Virus record (IMG/VR): IMGVR_UViG_3300042997_001870
Length of the DNA stretch: 64,000 nt
Strand: one strand, 5' to 3'
Source: an uncultured virus (IMG/VR IMGVR_UViG_3300042997_001870)
Lineage: Duplodnaviria > Heunggongvirae > Uroviricota > Caudoviricetes
Under the pieces are notes generated by a model that was not told where the DNA came from, made no database searches, and saw only the letters and a program-made list of their open reading frames with translations. Every line of letters begins with the position of its first letter. Positions within the stretch are counted from its first letter, which is position 1. Positions 17,112-27,229 of the stretch are shown here, piece by piece. The position numbers and the translations under genes were made by a program.

Positions 17112-18272
17112 TTATTGATGTTCTAGTTTTACCTTTACTTTGCCAGACATTAATGCTGAATAGATTGCTTGTAGGTAGAAATCATTATTTGCATGAGGCA
17201 TTTCCATTTTATTAGCACCAGGAGTTTCAGTGCTAGGTACTTGTGATAATTGAGCAGGTTGATTAATTGTAGTGTTTGAGTTTTGGTAAATCTGATTACC
17301 TTCATTATTCACCGAACTAACTGATGAATTTTGTGGATTAATCGAGGTTACTGAAGTACTTAAGTTGTTTACTGCTTCCGGTAAGGTTTTAGTTAACTCA
17401 GTAACTGTATTTTGTAGAGTTTTGTCCGGCGCAAGAATCTGCTTTACTGAATTAGACTCAACCATTTTATTGCTCTTAACGGTTACGTTATTTGAAGTTG
17501 GCGCATCAGGTTTCGAGGTTGACTTTTTATCTTTTGAATCTAAGTTGAATCCAAGAGACTCAGTTTGACCAGTTGCTCCAGCAAAGTCTTTTGCAAAATC
17601 CATGATTTTGCTTAGTGGGCTCTTTACTGCAGTCGCGGCAGCATCGCCCTTATTTGCATCAGGTTTAGGTGTTTCAAGAGCTTTAGTTAATTCCTTATAG
17701 TCAATCTTAGTTACATTATTAGTTGAACTTGACTCCTTGATTGAATTAGCTGTGTTAGAAACTTTTTCTAAAACCGCGCTCTGATTCTTAACTATTTCAG
17801 AACTTTTACTAATTACCTTTGTTGTATTTTCTGAGTTTTCGGTTAATTGGTTAGAGACCTTTTCTAAAATTTTGGATTCCCCAGCCGTTGCATTAACATT
17901 TGAATTATCAACTGACTTAGCATTTGATACTTTACTTGAATTATCAGTAGAATTTGTATTTGATATATTATTAATGGTGGTGTTAGTAACATTTGTTACT
18001 GGACCGGTAACTGCAGGTTGAGAAGTTACTGCCGACTCTATAACTTTGCCGGTTGTTGCTTTCTCAGCTTCAGGCCCAGGCTGGTTTATTTGATTTGACT
18101 TTATCGATAGAGCTGAGCTCAATGACAATGGATTCTTTGCGGCTTCTGCTGCAATTACTGCAGCTCCACTTGGAATAACGGTCTTTGCAACAGGTTTTTC
18201 GATTGCTGCCTCAAGAACCGAGTTCATGTCAGGAACATTAAATTCATCGAATGGTAGTTGATCTGCTCTCAA
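17112..18272 (-). CDS. Low-complexity S/T/N-rich tail/baseplate-associated protein (TTG start)
   Basis: Follows gp26/gp51-like genes; ATAAATA box at 18292-18298. Confidence 0.55.
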   Translation of the reverse strand: MRADQLPFDEFNVPDMNSVLEAAIEKPVAKTVIPSGAAVIAAEAAKNPLSLSSALSIKSNQINQPGPEAEKATTGKVIESAVTSQPAVTGPVTNVTNTTINNISNTNSTDNSSKVSNAKSVDNSNVNATAGESKILEKVSNQLTENSENTTKVISKSSEIVKNQSAVLEKVSNTANSIKESSSTNNVTKIDYKELTKALETPKPDANKGDAAATAVKSPLSKIMDFAKDFAGATGQTESLGFNLDSKDKKSTSKPDAPTSNNVTVKSNKMVESNSVKQILAPDKTLQNTVTELTKTLPEAVNNLSTSVTSINPQNSSVSSVNNEGNQIYQNSNTTINQPAQLSQVPSTETPGANKMEMPHANNDFYLQAIYSALMSGKVKVKLEHQ

Positions 18273-18323
18273 TTGTAGAAGTTCTTTTTGTTATTTATTA
18301 AAAAAGCTGCAGGCTTGATCATT

Positions 18324-18497
18324 TTAGCCGTTTAACCCAGGCTGAATTGCAAAGGTCTCCTGCAAGTTAGAGTCAGACTCGTCAATTAGGAACTTGACAT
18401 AACTTAAATATTCATAAAGGGGTAATGAGTATAACTCATTGATCGATTGGTTCAGCTTCACTGCCAGCAGACGATTAGTCTCAAACAAGTTGATCAA
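18324..18497 (-). CDS. Unannotated T4 gp51-like hub/tail assembly chaperone ORF (TTG start or frameshift product)
   Basis: Translates LINLFETNRLLAVKLNQSINELYSLPLYEYLSYVKFLIDESDSNLQETFAIQPGLNG*; frame open from 18560 with no ATG. Confidence 0.7.
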   Translation of the reverse strand: MINLFETNRLLAVKLNQSINELYSLPLYEYLSYVKFLIDESDSNLQETFAIQPGLNG

Positions 18498-19515
18498 GTC
18501 TACCTGAAATAAGGAAAAGATCTTTGATAGTGAAGCTGGCTCGCGAAAAAATGGTAGTTGTTAATTTAGCACCACATTTTGGACAGCCAGTTGAAACAAC
18601 ATTATCTCTAGCCTCTTGCATCTGTTCAACAAATTTAGTAAAGAAAGTGAACTTGTTTACGTGCCAGCCGTATGAGTTATTTGCTAGGGCTCCGTATTGC
18701 TCAGCATTGAATTTACTCCAGTCCTGAATTAAATAAGGCGCCATTTTAATAAAAGCTTTATCAGGTTGTTGACCTGAGTAACGCGATTCAGCAATTCTTT
18801 TTCTAAGTCTTTCAATTACTCCAATCGTAGGCATGTACAAGTAGAAAGTTTCGTTTAACTTTGACGAAACTACTTCAAAACATTTATATTGAGGAGAATA
18901 CCACTGCATAAGCTCCTGTGGCATTTCAAATAGTTGAAGCATTGAGCTATTTACTTTAACGTCATCGTTAAATCGACCGTCTTCGCTGCAAGTACCAGTA
19001 CACTCAAATTTAGTAAATAGTTCATTTTGGCCTTCTGGAAAAGTAATTTCGTGAATTAGAAAGACTATGTACAGTCTATCAATTTCAACAATATCTCTCC
19101 AACTTAACCAAGATTGACCGCCATTGACTTTAAACCTTACACATTTTTCAATAATAAAATTTAATTGATCGTCAATATCTAGCACATCGCCCTCATCAAT
19201 TGTTGACCAGTGTCTTATCTCGGCAACGGTTGCTGCCCTAATTGTTAATTCTGAGCCGTCTGCATAAAACATTCCAGCCGATGGCAAATTTTCAAGTGGA
19301 ATATTCTTCCAGTAATTGTCATTTGCACCAGCAACAGTTGATTGAAATTGGGTTGATATTGCTTGGCCTAGACTATTAATGGCAGGCTCTTCTCTTCTAG
19401 GTTCAATCGGGGTAGCCGGTTGATTTGAATTCTTTCCGTACTTTTCGTCTTCCTTTTCCAAGAATGACAGAATTTCCTCCTCCTGAACTGGAGGTTTATT
19501 GGACTCTTTTGGCAT
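18481..19515 (-). CDS. T4 gp26-like baseplate hub / tail assembly chaperone
   Basis: LPSAGMFY...IRAATVAE, DRLYI, C-terminal CPKCG Zn motif. Confidence 0.7.
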   Translation of the reverse strand: MPKESNKPPVQEEEILSFLEKEDEKYGKNSNQPATPIEPRREEPAINSLGQAISTQFQSTVAGANDNYWKNIPLENLPSAGMFYADGSELTIRAATVAEIRHWSTIDEGDVLDIDDQLNFIIEKCVRFKVNGGQSWLSWRDIVEIDRLYIVFLIHEITFPEGQNELFTKFECTGTCSEDGRFNDDVKVNSSMLQLFEMPQELMQWYSPQYKCFEVVSSKLNETFYLYMPTIGVIERLRKRIAESRYSGQQPDKAFIKMAPYLIQDWSKFNAEQYGALANNSYGWHVNKFTFFTKFVEQMQEARDNVVSTGCPKCGAKLTTTIFSRASFTIKDLFLISGRLDQLV

Positions 19516-19534
19516 ACACTCGTAGTTTTTTAAA

Positions 19535-19987
19535 TTATATCACGAAATCTAGGAAGGTTTTCGCTAGATGTGATTTAGACTCAGTAAGTCTAGATAAAGT
19601 TTCAGGATAAACTTCAACAACCTCCATTGTTTTTGGATCTCTAATGAAGGCTCTAATGGTTTTTTGCTTCTGGTCTATTTTGAAGCTTTCAAATTTTCCG
19701 ATAACTTGCTCAGGCTCGTGTTTCTTATTGGTAAAAGTAGAATTAACTTTAACTCCAGAAAGTCTTGAACCTTTACGGAATGCATTATTTAGTGCTTTAA
19801 TATCTTGGTCAAAACCGTTAATGTCAACTATTTGGGGTCTAGATAAGTCAGAAAGAGGTAGTACGCTAATTGCGATACCTGGTGAAAACTGGCTTCTTGA
19901 TACAATGAAATTAAAGTCGCCCTTTCCGTAAAAAGGTAGGCCTTTCATTGCCTGTTGTCTTTGCCCAAATGTTAAAACTGGAATCAT
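19535..19987 (-). CDS. Hypothetical protein
   Basis: 150-aa ORF ending LTESKSHLAKTFLDFVI. Confidence 0.75.
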   Translation of the reverse strand: MIPVLTFGQRQQAMKGLPFYGKGDFNFIVSRSQFSPGIAISVLPLSDLSRPQIVDINGFDQDIKALNNAFRKGSRLSGVKVNSTFTNKKHEPEQVIGKFESFKIDQKQKTIRAFIRDPKTMEVVEVYPETLSRLTESKSHLAKTFLDFVI

Positions 19988-20319
19988 TATCTGCTGAAAG
20001 TAGATGGAATTCCTAGTAATACTACAGTAACTTCCGATCCAACTGTTATTTTTGAAATTATCGAGTAAAAGGTTTCGCCTGCATTAATTCGGACAGTTAC
20101 TCCATCTCCGGTGATTCCCTGAGCAGCAGTTTTTACAGTTACCGTAATTGCTGATCCACTCGGATTATGAATTCCAAAAAAGGTGTCAGTAAAATAACCA
20201 ACGCCGGTGTCGTTTGCAGTAATGTCTCTAGCTCCTTGGTTAACAAAGACTGGTGTGTAATCAATTGAATTATTTGAGTCAGTGTGAGTTTTTAAAATCT
20301 TAGCAACAATAGTGTTCAT
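19987..20319 (-). CDS. Hypothetical small beta-rich protein
   Basis: 110-aa ORF, stop/start overlap with the next gene. Confidence 0.75.
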   Translation of the reverse strand: MNTIVAKILKTHTDSNNSIDYTPVFVNQGARDITANDTGVGYFTDTFFGIHNPSGSAITVTVKTAAQGITGDGVTVRINAGETFYSIISKITVGSEVTVVLLGIPSTFSR

Positions 20320-20334
20320 TTTATTTTAGTATTT

Positions 20335-21021
20335 TTAGCAAGCGCAATCAATTGGATTGCTATTACTTTTTACGTAGATTACTAATCCTCTTAACTTAAC
20401 ACTAAATGTTAAGTTTGGATTGTATATCTCTATCTTATTTATCAGCTTGGTTGCGTTACGGGTCTCAGGATTACTGAAATGCGAGAATGGCTGAGAAATT
20501 GGAAAGGTTGAGACTGCACCAGCATAGTCAGTTAACAGTAAATCACATGACATTTGAGCCGGCGAAATATCTGCACCGTCCTTATCTATTTTAGGATACT
20601 CAATATAGAGTAATATTCCCCTAGCATAACTAGTATCATTAGGTAAAATATAATAACCTGGATCACTATTTGTATCTGTATCTTCAACGGTAAAGTATTC
20701 AGTACTTCCATCTATCGGATAATTAATCGGTTGGGAGGTTAGACTAACAAAGGTTGTTCCAACTGACGTTAAGTTATTATCAAATAGCGTTAAATTACTT
20801 TGTGAACATACTTCAAAATCAATTGATTGACTTCCGTCTACTGGATAGTAGATATTCTCAAATGAACAAAAACTGGTCTCTGATTTAGACTTGCTAAAGA
20901 TCGTAAAACACTTGTCTACTAAGCGTAAAATCTTTTTAGTAGGATCGCTTGAACATAGTGCAGCAAAAGAGTTATTAAATCTCTTAGCTATTGGATCTTC
21001 TTGGAAATTAATATATGCCAT
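20335..21021 (-). CDS. Hypothetical protein
   Basis: 228-aa ORF. Confidence 0.75.
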   Translation of the reverse strand: MAYINFQEDPIAKRFNNSFAALCSSDPTKKILRLVDKCFTIFSKSKSETSFCSFENIYYPVDGSQSIDFEVCSQSNLTLFDNNLTSVGTTFVSLTSQPINYPIDGSTEYFTVEDTDTNSDPGYYILPNDTSYARGILLYIEYPKIDKDGADISPAQMSCDLLLTDYAGAVSTFPISQPFSHFSNPETRNATKLINKIEIYNPNLTFSVKLRGLVIYVKSNSNPIDCAC

Positions 21022-21037
21022 TCATCGGTAACTATTT

Positions 21038-21790
21038 TTAGAGCTTGTCAGTAAATCTTACACCAAGACCAGAGGTACGACCTCTAGCTAAATCTTCGTC
21101 TAATCTTTTCATTTTAGCTTCTTTATTATCTACCTTAGCTTGAGTGGTAGTTTCCGTTGGTTCTTCTATAACGGGTTTAATAAGTTCAGATTCTTCAGAA
21201 TGTTCATAAGCTCCATCCGGCCCAATTTGAAAGTCATCACTAACGTATGGTATTTTCTCTTCTTTAATCGGTGAAGGTTCAGTGAGTACTGGTTCAATTA
21301 CGATGTTATTTACAGTATCATCTACAGTATCATTTACAGTGTCATTTACAGTGTCAGCTGCTGGTTTAATATAGTCAACTAGTGATTTAATGAAACCTAA
21401 TGCAACAATTGGTAGGATTGCTCCACTGACAATAGAAAGAACTCTTTTTTGATATATTAGTTCTTCTTCAACTAGGCCGAATAATTCTACCCAACCGTTA
21501 AAATCTTTAAGATGAACGTATGTATAATACGTATTTCCCATTGCCTGCATCAAGGTCAATAGGATAAAAAGTCCCCAAACAATACCCTTATTCATTTTAT
21601 CGAGAGTAATGATTGAAGCTAATGACGCTGCTGCTCCTACTTCAAATGCAATTGCTAAACTAATGGCCAACCACTCGGGATTAGACATGCTAAAAAAGTC
21701 AATTACGTGAATCGTCGAGATAATCGACACTAACAAGTATAGAGTTACAAACGTCCCAATTATAAAAAATTGAGTTGCTCTCTTAGTCAT
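21038..21790 (-). CDS. Four-TM membrane protein with DTVN repeat linker
   Basis: Four hydrophobic segments, then DTVNDTVNDTVDDTVN. Confidence 0.75.
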   Translation of the reverse strand: MTKRATQFFIIGTFVTLYLLVSIISTIHVIDFFSMSNPEWLAISLAIAFEVGAAASLASIITLDKMNKGIVWGLFILLTLMQAMGNTYYTYVHLKDFNGWVELFGLVEEELIYQKRVLSIVSGAILPIVALGFIKSLVDYIKPAADTVNDTVNDTVDDTVNNIVIEPVLTEPSPIKEEKIPYVSDDFQIGPDGAYEHSEESELIKPVIEEPTETTTQAKVDNKEAKMKRLDEDLARGRTSGLGVRFTDKL

Positions 21791-21793
21791 TGA

Positions 21794-22093
21794 TTATTTA
21801 CTTTTTTGAATTTTTAAGATTTCCTCATCGTATTGATTCATACGATCATCTGGTCGAACAGTTGTTCTAATTACTGCATTCCAGTCATAAAGAGTACGTT
21901 TAGAGGCTCTTAGTCCTTCCACTTCAATCATTTTCTTTAGATCAGAAGTGTACACTGAATCAATTCGCTGATTCATGACTTTTGCCTGTTTTTCAACTTT
22001 GCCAATTTTACTTGAGTTGTTGCACTGTTGAACAAAAATGATTAATAGTAAAGCTAATACAATTTTCTCAAAGTGTAGTTTAATGTAGTTCAT
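21794..22093 (-). CDS. Signal-anchored or lipoprotein-like coiled-coil protein
   Basis: IVLALLLIIFVQQC N-terminus. Confidence 0.7.
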   Translation of the reverse strand: MNYIKLHFEKIVLALLLIIFVQQCNNSSKIGKVEKQAKVMNQRIDSVYTSDLKKMIEVEGLRASKRTLYDWNAVIRTTVRPDDRMNQYDEEILKIQKSK

Positions 22094-22122
22094 AAGAAAC
22101 TTATTCTTTTTTGGTTATTTAT

Positions 22123-22629
22123 TTACTTGTTGGTCAATACTTTTATAACCCAGGCTTGCAGCAGGTCAAAATTCTGTATTATGTGGTGCAAGTATGATGC
22201 CCCATAGTACAAAATTGCTATCCAAACGCCAAGTCTAATTAAATCGGTTAATTCTGATATAATTCGATACTTAATTACGACTAAATACGCATAGTACTCA
22301 TCGTTTTTTATTCGTTTAGTAGTAATCTCGACTATTTCAACCAAGTTATTGTCAGCAAATCGACCTTGTATTTTTGCAACAGAATCAAATACTCGACTCT
22401 TTTCAAGATCGGTTAGGTCACCGGTTGCTAATAGTGTTTCAGGTTCTAAGTTTATTACATAATAAATTCGGTTAAACCAGTCAGTTCTTGCCTTAAGTTG
22501 GCTAAGCAGACCTTGGTCTACCATTGTCTGTACTTTATTTTTATAGTACAGGTAATTTCGTACATCTTTAACTAGAGATGACACAGATTGATAGGCTTTG
22601 CCTGGATTTAAGTAAGATAGTAGTCCCAT
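22123..22629 (-). CDS. Hypothetical protein with C-terminal TM helix
   Basis: 168-aa ORF. Confidence 0.75.
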   Translation of the reverse strand: MGLLSYLNPGKAYQSVSSLVKDVRNYLYYKNKVQTMVDQGLLSQLKARTDWFNRIYYVINLEPETLLATGDLTDLEKSRVFDSVAKIQGRFADNNLVEIVEITTKRIKNDEYYAYLVVIKYRIISELTDLIRLGVWIAILYYGASYLHHIIQNFDLLQAWVIKVLTNK

Positions 22630-22630
22630 A

Positions 22631-23257
22631 TTAGAAGTATTCTTTTAATCGATCAGCCATTTCTGGATTTTTGGATAAAACGGCTTCTCTTAACATTTTA
22701 CGAGCCTTTCGTATTTTGGTTTTAACTGTGTTTAGATTCATCTCGTATTTCTCAGCAATTTCATTACCTCGCATTCGATTAATTTCCTTGTCAATTAGAA
22801 TTGATTTTTCAATACATTCAGGTAAACCGGTGAGTTCAGCTTGTGTCAAATTATAGAGGTTATCAAAGTAAATCTCCTTTTCAAAATTATAAAGAGAATC
22901 ATCTGGTATGTTTAATGGCTTTGATAGATTGTCTAAACTTGTTGCAAATTGTACCTTTAATTTATGCTGGTGTAATAATGACTCGTTCTTTGCAATCGTA
23001 TAGATCCAAGTTGTGAATCGGTATCCGTCGCTATAGGACGCAATGCCTTTAAATATTTTAAATAAGGTATTGTGCAAAACCTCCTCAGTCTCATCGTGGT
23101 CATTAAAGAATTTCCAAATGAAATACTTTAATTTAGGATACATGATTGAGGCTAATCTATTTCGGTCTCGTTCGGTGTAGTTCCCAGTTTTAATGAGCTC
23201 GGCAAGGCTCTGCATTTCGTCATTTAATTGTTTATTAATTAGGTCGTAAGCGCTCAT
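22631..23257 (-). CDS. RNA polymerase sigma factor (ECF/sigma70 regions 2 and 4)
   Basis: EEVLHNTLFKI...FTTWIYTIAKN; EIAEKYEMNLNTVKTKIRKARKML. Confidence 0.9.
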   Translation of the reverse strand: MSAYDLINKQLNDEMQSLAELIKTGNYTERDRNRLASIMYPKLKYFIWKFFNDHDETEEVLHNTLFKIFKGIASYSDGYRFTTWIYTIAKNESLLHQHKLKVQFATSLDNLSKPLNIPDDSLYNFEKEIYFDNLYNLTQAELTGLPECIEKSILIDKEINRMRGNEIAEKYEMNLNTVKTKIRKARKMLREAVLSKNPEMADRLKEYF

Positions 23258-23266
23258 TTACTGGTT

Positions 23267-23983
23267 TTAATTGAAGTGTTTCGGGTTATTTGCTTTCCAT
23301 TTCTCATATCTTTCGGTTATTTGAATTAGTATCTTGTTACGAACAATATCACTATCCTCAAACTTATGTATTCCCAAATTGTTAATGCCCTCAAGCAAAG
23401 AAATAAATTCTGGTAAAGCTACTTTACTCTTTGCAATATCGTATTGGCTTACGTCACCGCATATAAGTACTTTAGAGTCTTTACCCATTCTTGTAATGAA
23501 CAGCATAAGTTGTTTAAAGTCAGCATTCTGAGCCTCATCTAGAATCATTAAGCAATTATCAAAGGTTGCGCCTCTCATATAAGCCAATGGTCTAAATTCA
23601 ATAACTCCGGTAGATTCAAGCCAACCAACACAATTTGGATCATGTAATAATTTTACCAAATTTGAACGATAACTTTCCATAAATGGATCAATTTTATCCT
23701 TAATTTCACCAGGAAGAAACCCTAGCTTCTCTCCGGACTCTTGGATAGGTTTGGTTAGAATGATCTTTTTAATTTTACCGGCTAGGTATAATTGTAAAGC
23801 GGCTAAACCTGCAGTAAACGTTTTACTTGTACCAGCAGGGCCATAACAAAAGGTAATGTCATTTGTCATAATCTTTTGTAAGTACTCCTGCTGAGAAGGC
23901 TTTAGTGTAATTTGGCGTAAGTCCTTTTCAGATAGTTCAAGCTTCTGAGACTGGGTCTTTCTCTTAGTTAATCTTTCTGCCAT
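23267..23983 (-). CDS. phoH: PhoH-family ATPase
   Basis: GPAGTSKT, LGFLPG, LAYMRGATF, ILDEAQN, GDVSQYD, DIVRN. Confidence 0.95.
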   Translation of the reverse strand: MAERLTKRKTQSQKLELSEKDLRQITLKPSQQEYLQKIMTNDITFCYGPAGTSKTFTAGLAALQLYLAGKIKKIILTKPIQESGEKLGFLPGEIKDKIDPFMESYRSNLVKLLHDPNCVGWLESTGVIEFRPLAYMRGATFDNCLMILDEAQNADFKQLMLFITRMGKDSKVLICGDVSQYDIAKSKVALPEFISLLEGINNLGIHKFEDSDIVRNKILIQITERYEKWKANNPKHFN

Positions 23984-24279
23984 TATTTAGTTTTGGATTT
24001 TTTATTTGAGGAAACTATCTTATCGAGTAGTTTTTGACACTTTGCACAAGACTCATAGTCCTCAAGTTGTTTGTAAAAGGTTAGGGCTTTAGTTAAACAG
24101 TCAGGCCAATCTCTACGTTCAGCAATGACGTCTACCTCATCGTCAACTATCATTAATTTTTTGATGTAAATCTGTGGGCGTTTTTCTTTGGTTGCCGCCT
24201 CAATGTGAGATACAATCTGGTCGAATATTTGTTTTTTATTATCTTCATAATCGAAGTCTAATAACTTGTCGTATCTCAT
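23983..24279 (-). CDS. Hypothetical protein with UVR-like helical motif
   Basis: EDYESCAKCQKLLD. Confidence 0.7.
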   Translation of the reverse strand: MRYDKLLDFDYEDNKKQIFDQIVSHIEAATKEKRPQIYIKKLMIVDDEVDVIAERRDWPDCLTKALTFYKQLEDYESCAKCQKLLDKIVSSNKKSKTK

Positions 24280-26234
24280 TCTCTTTTTGAATTATTTCCA
24301 TAGAAAGCAGACATTGCCTGCTTGTATTTGTCAACTGTACTATCATCAAACCTCTTTGTTGCTCCAGGTTTTTTAATTTCCGGAGTTGCATTTAATTCTC
24401 TAAGAATTCCGTGATCGTATGTTTGGGTATTTCCCAAATAGGCTTCACCTAAGTAAGTAGCGTATGCCTTTTCAAGGTAATCGCCAGGCAAGCGGTCAAG
24501 CTCCTCATTCACAAGTTCCCAGAAATTAGGGGATTCAAAGAATGCTGATGTTGATACGCATGTCATAGCCAAGTCGTCGTTTCCATTTTGACTTCTATAT
24601 GTACCATTTGATGATTTACCGAATGCGCCAAGCTCATGAATTGTCTTGAACTCATTTGGCAAAATCTTATTAACTGCAGTTAAGTACTTAAATCGTTCGC
24701 AGTATTTAGTTTTATTAGTTTCAGTCATCTTTAGACCTGGTTTCCAAGTGGTAGACGAAATTGTGTGTTTAGAATGTATTAACTGACCAGGCCAAAATTC
24801 CTCGTTCTGCTCAAGCTTATCCATTACATAATCGCCTTTATGATCAAGCTCAATTAAGAGTCTAACCTTTTCATGATTGAATATATTATACGTTAAGTAT
24901 TCAAGTACATTAGTAAATTCATTAATTTCTTTCTTATTAGATCGAAATGTTGCAATTTGCACAAGTCCAAAGAAATCGCCTTCGTTCTTGATAAAATCCT
25001 TGACTTGATCTAGCAACTTAAATGGCAAAGCCGTTAACTTAAAGATATTAATTACTGAATAGTCACGACCTACTCCAGAAGCAGTATCGACTGAGAATAT
25101 GTATGTATTACCATCATTTCGAATATCATCTGGTGTAAACTTACTAAAGTTAGGGTGAACCGAGAAGCCATCTAATATGTCTAAATGATCTGGGGTTTGC
25201 GCCCATTCTGGGGTGACGTATGACGTTTGTAGCGTGAATATTTTCTTTAGATCTTTTGACGGAAGTAGTAACTTATCTGATGAGAAGAACTGTAGTCCAT
25301 ATTCCTGATTGAAATCTTCTTCAGATCCTAAGTTGGCAATTGTCATCTTCTTCCATTCATCGTCTCTGCCAGGTACCTGCCACCAGTCTACACGCAATGG
25401 CACGTATGCATTTTTGCCGTTCATTGCATCCATATAGATTTCATAGAAACGGTTCATTCCATTTGGAGTTGACGTTATTATAATCTTGGAATTGGTGGAA
25501 GCTGAAATGGTTGGATAAATCGCTCGATAGAAGAAGTCTAGGTAAGATGGGTTAATGTGAGCAAACTCATCAATGTACAATACGTGAATCGTAAAACCAA
25601 TACCCGTATTTTTAGTGGTTGTACGACCAATTAGTCTACAACCATTATCAAATTTCATTGACATTACGTTGTTTGAAATACAGCCGGGTTTTAGGAAAAA
25701 CGGTAGATTCTCAATTACTGACTTAATCTTGTCTAATACCTCTTTGGTGGTTGATGCAACGTTGGCTACAGCTAACACATTTTTATCAGTGTGAAATATT
25801 AGGTACCATGCAATGAATACGCCGGACATTACCGTTTTACCAATCTGACGTGATGCCATTAGGCAATTAAATCGATTGTCCTTAAATGATTTGATAATTT
25901 CTTCTTGGTAATCCCTAAGCGTAATTTGTTGGATACCGTCCTCAGTCATTACTTGTGCATAGGTAGAAGCAAAGTATACTGGATCGGCTTTGCACCGTCT
26001 CCACTCTTCAAGTTCTTCAGGAGTATATTCAAAAACAATATTAGCCTTTTTCCAAACTGGATCATTATCTTTAAACGGTGAGTTCTTGATTGTCTTAATA
26101 TCAATCACACCATTTTCAAAATCATCCAATAACTGTTGAACTTTTAGTGTTGTCCAGATTGCATTATTCTCCTGATCCAAGTTAGAAAGCTTCATTTGAG
26201 TTCGGCCTCCACTATTTGCTATAAAATCTCTCAT
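24276..26234 (-). CDS. Terminase large subunit (T4 gp17-like)
   Basis: LRDYQ, SRQIGKT, LYIDEFAH, ITSTPNGMN, VDTASGVGRDYS, NDDLAM. Confidence 0.95.
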   Translation of the reverse strand: MRDFIANSGGRTQMKLSNLDQENNAIWTTLKVQQLLDDFENGVIDIKTIKNSPFKDNDPVWKKANIVFEYTPEELEEWRRCKADPVYFASTYAQVMTEDGIQQITLRDYQEEIIKSFKDNRFNCLMASRQIGKTVMSGVFIAWYLIFHTDKNVLAVANVASTTKEVLDKIKSVIENLPFFLKPGCISNNVMSMKFDNGCRLIGRTTTKNTGIGFTIHVLYIDEFAHINPSYLDFFYRAIYPTISASTNSKIIITSTPNGMNRFYEIYMDAMNGKNAYVPLRVDWWQVPGRDDEWKKMTIANLGSEEDFNQEYGLQFFSSDKLLLPSKDLKKIFTLQTSYVTPEWAQTPDHLDILDGFSVHPNFSKFTPDDIRNDGNTYIFSVDTASGVGRDYSVINIFKLTALPFKLLDQVKDFIKNEGDFFGLVQIATFRSNKKEINEFTNVLEYLTYNIFNHEKVRLLIELDHKGDYVMDKLEQNEEFWPGQLIHSKHTISSTTWKPGLKMTETNKTKYCERFKYLTAVNKILPNEFKTIHELGAFGKSSNGTYRSQNGNDDLAMTCVSTSAFFESPNFWELVNEELDRLPGDYLEKAYATYLGEAYLGNTQTYDHGILRELNATPEIKKPGATKRFDDSTVDKYKQAMSAFYGNNSKRE

Positions 26235-26980
26235 ATTAATGAATTGACATCATCTGAAAAATCATCCTCTTCTTCTTCCTCAATTATTACATTGGAAAGA
26301 CCTCTTTCCACCATGACTTCTGCCTTTTTTGAAGGATGAGTTAAGTGACGAGTATCAATTTCTTCGATCTCATCAACTTCGATTGCGTCAATTTCCTTTA
26401 TTAAGTTTTTTGTGCCAGCGGTTATATAGTATTCATTTGAACCTGCAGGTAGAGCTCGGTTATTCTGTTTGTCTCCGCTGCCCTCTCTTTGTTCAACGTC
26501 CTGATTCATTTTCTTGTAGGTGTCTTCTAGAAACAGCATATAATTAGCCTGAGTTTTTACAACGCTAGTTAATTTATCCTGTAACTGACCAAATACCTCA
26601 AATAGACGAGGATGGGTGTTTCCTTGATTAATTTCCTCAGCAATCTTTTCGATTGCCATTCGGATGGTCTTTAATTGAAAGAAGATATTACCTATACTTG
26701 AATTATCAAGCATTTGTTTTTGCTTGACGTATTCATGGCGTTCAATTACTCCAAGATCAACGTAAAACTTGAGCATTGACCCAGTGATGTTTTTCGCCTG
26801 TTTCTCGAATTCAGCATTCATTTCGATAAAATCCAATGGTGGGGCTGCCGCTATTTCAGATAACTGAGCATCGATATTATCGTCCTCTTGATTTGGGCCG
26901 CCTGAATAAGATCTGAGTAGATCTTCAAGTTCTCCCTTTATTTGTGCTTTCTTTTCTTTTGTAAATACTGCACCGCTCAT
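26231..26980 (-). CDS. Probable terminase small subunit
   Basis: Directly upstream of and overlapping terL; HPRLFEVFGQL helical motif. Confidence 0.6.
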   Translation of the reverse strand: MSGAVFTKEKKAQIKGELEDLLRSYSGGPNQEDDNIDAQLSEIAAAPPLDFIEMNAEFEKQAKNITGSMLKFYVDLGVIERHEYVKQKQMLDNSSIGNIFFQLKTIRMAIEKIAEEINQGNTHPRLFEVFGQLQDKLTSVVKTQANYMLFLEDTYKKMNQDVEQREGSGDKQNNRALPAGSNEYYITAGTKNLIKEIDAIEVDEIEEIDTRHLTHPSKKAEVMVERGLSNVIIEEEEEDDFSDDVNSLI

Positions 26981-26983
26981 AGA

Positions 26984-27229
26984 TTAATTTAGTCGATTTT
27001 CATTCTTATCTAGTGCAGGATTTGCAAATATCTTGATTTGCTTAACCGCTTCAATGTGCTCATACATGTATGCTTCGATATAAGCAATAAATGAGTCCAA
27101 TATTGTGTTAACTCCAAACATTTGATTCGAAAGGACTCGTTTCATGAGGTTATCTTTGTACATATAACCCAAATGAAGACGCTTGTCTTTTCTATTGTAC
27201 ACCGTTTGATATAAAGAGTTTCTTATCAT
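26984..27229 (-). CDS. Small baseplate-associated hypothetical protein
   Basis: Overlaps the end of the wedge gene. Confidence 0.65.
   Translation of the reverse strand: MIRNSLYQTVYNRKDKRLHLGYMYKDNLMKRVLSNQMFGVNTILDSFIAYIEAYMYEHIEAVKQIKIFANPALDKNENRLN

Noticed and set aside
479..23531. Short overlapping ORFs in the track (e.g. 479-856, 7487-7756, 9319-9852, 13027-13386)
   Set aside because: They are nested within or antisense to well-supported genes and show no recognisable motifs
24276..26234. Intein or intron in the terminase gene
   Set aside because: ATPase and nuclease motifs are contiguous in one ORF, with no intein splice motifs or homing endonuclease seen
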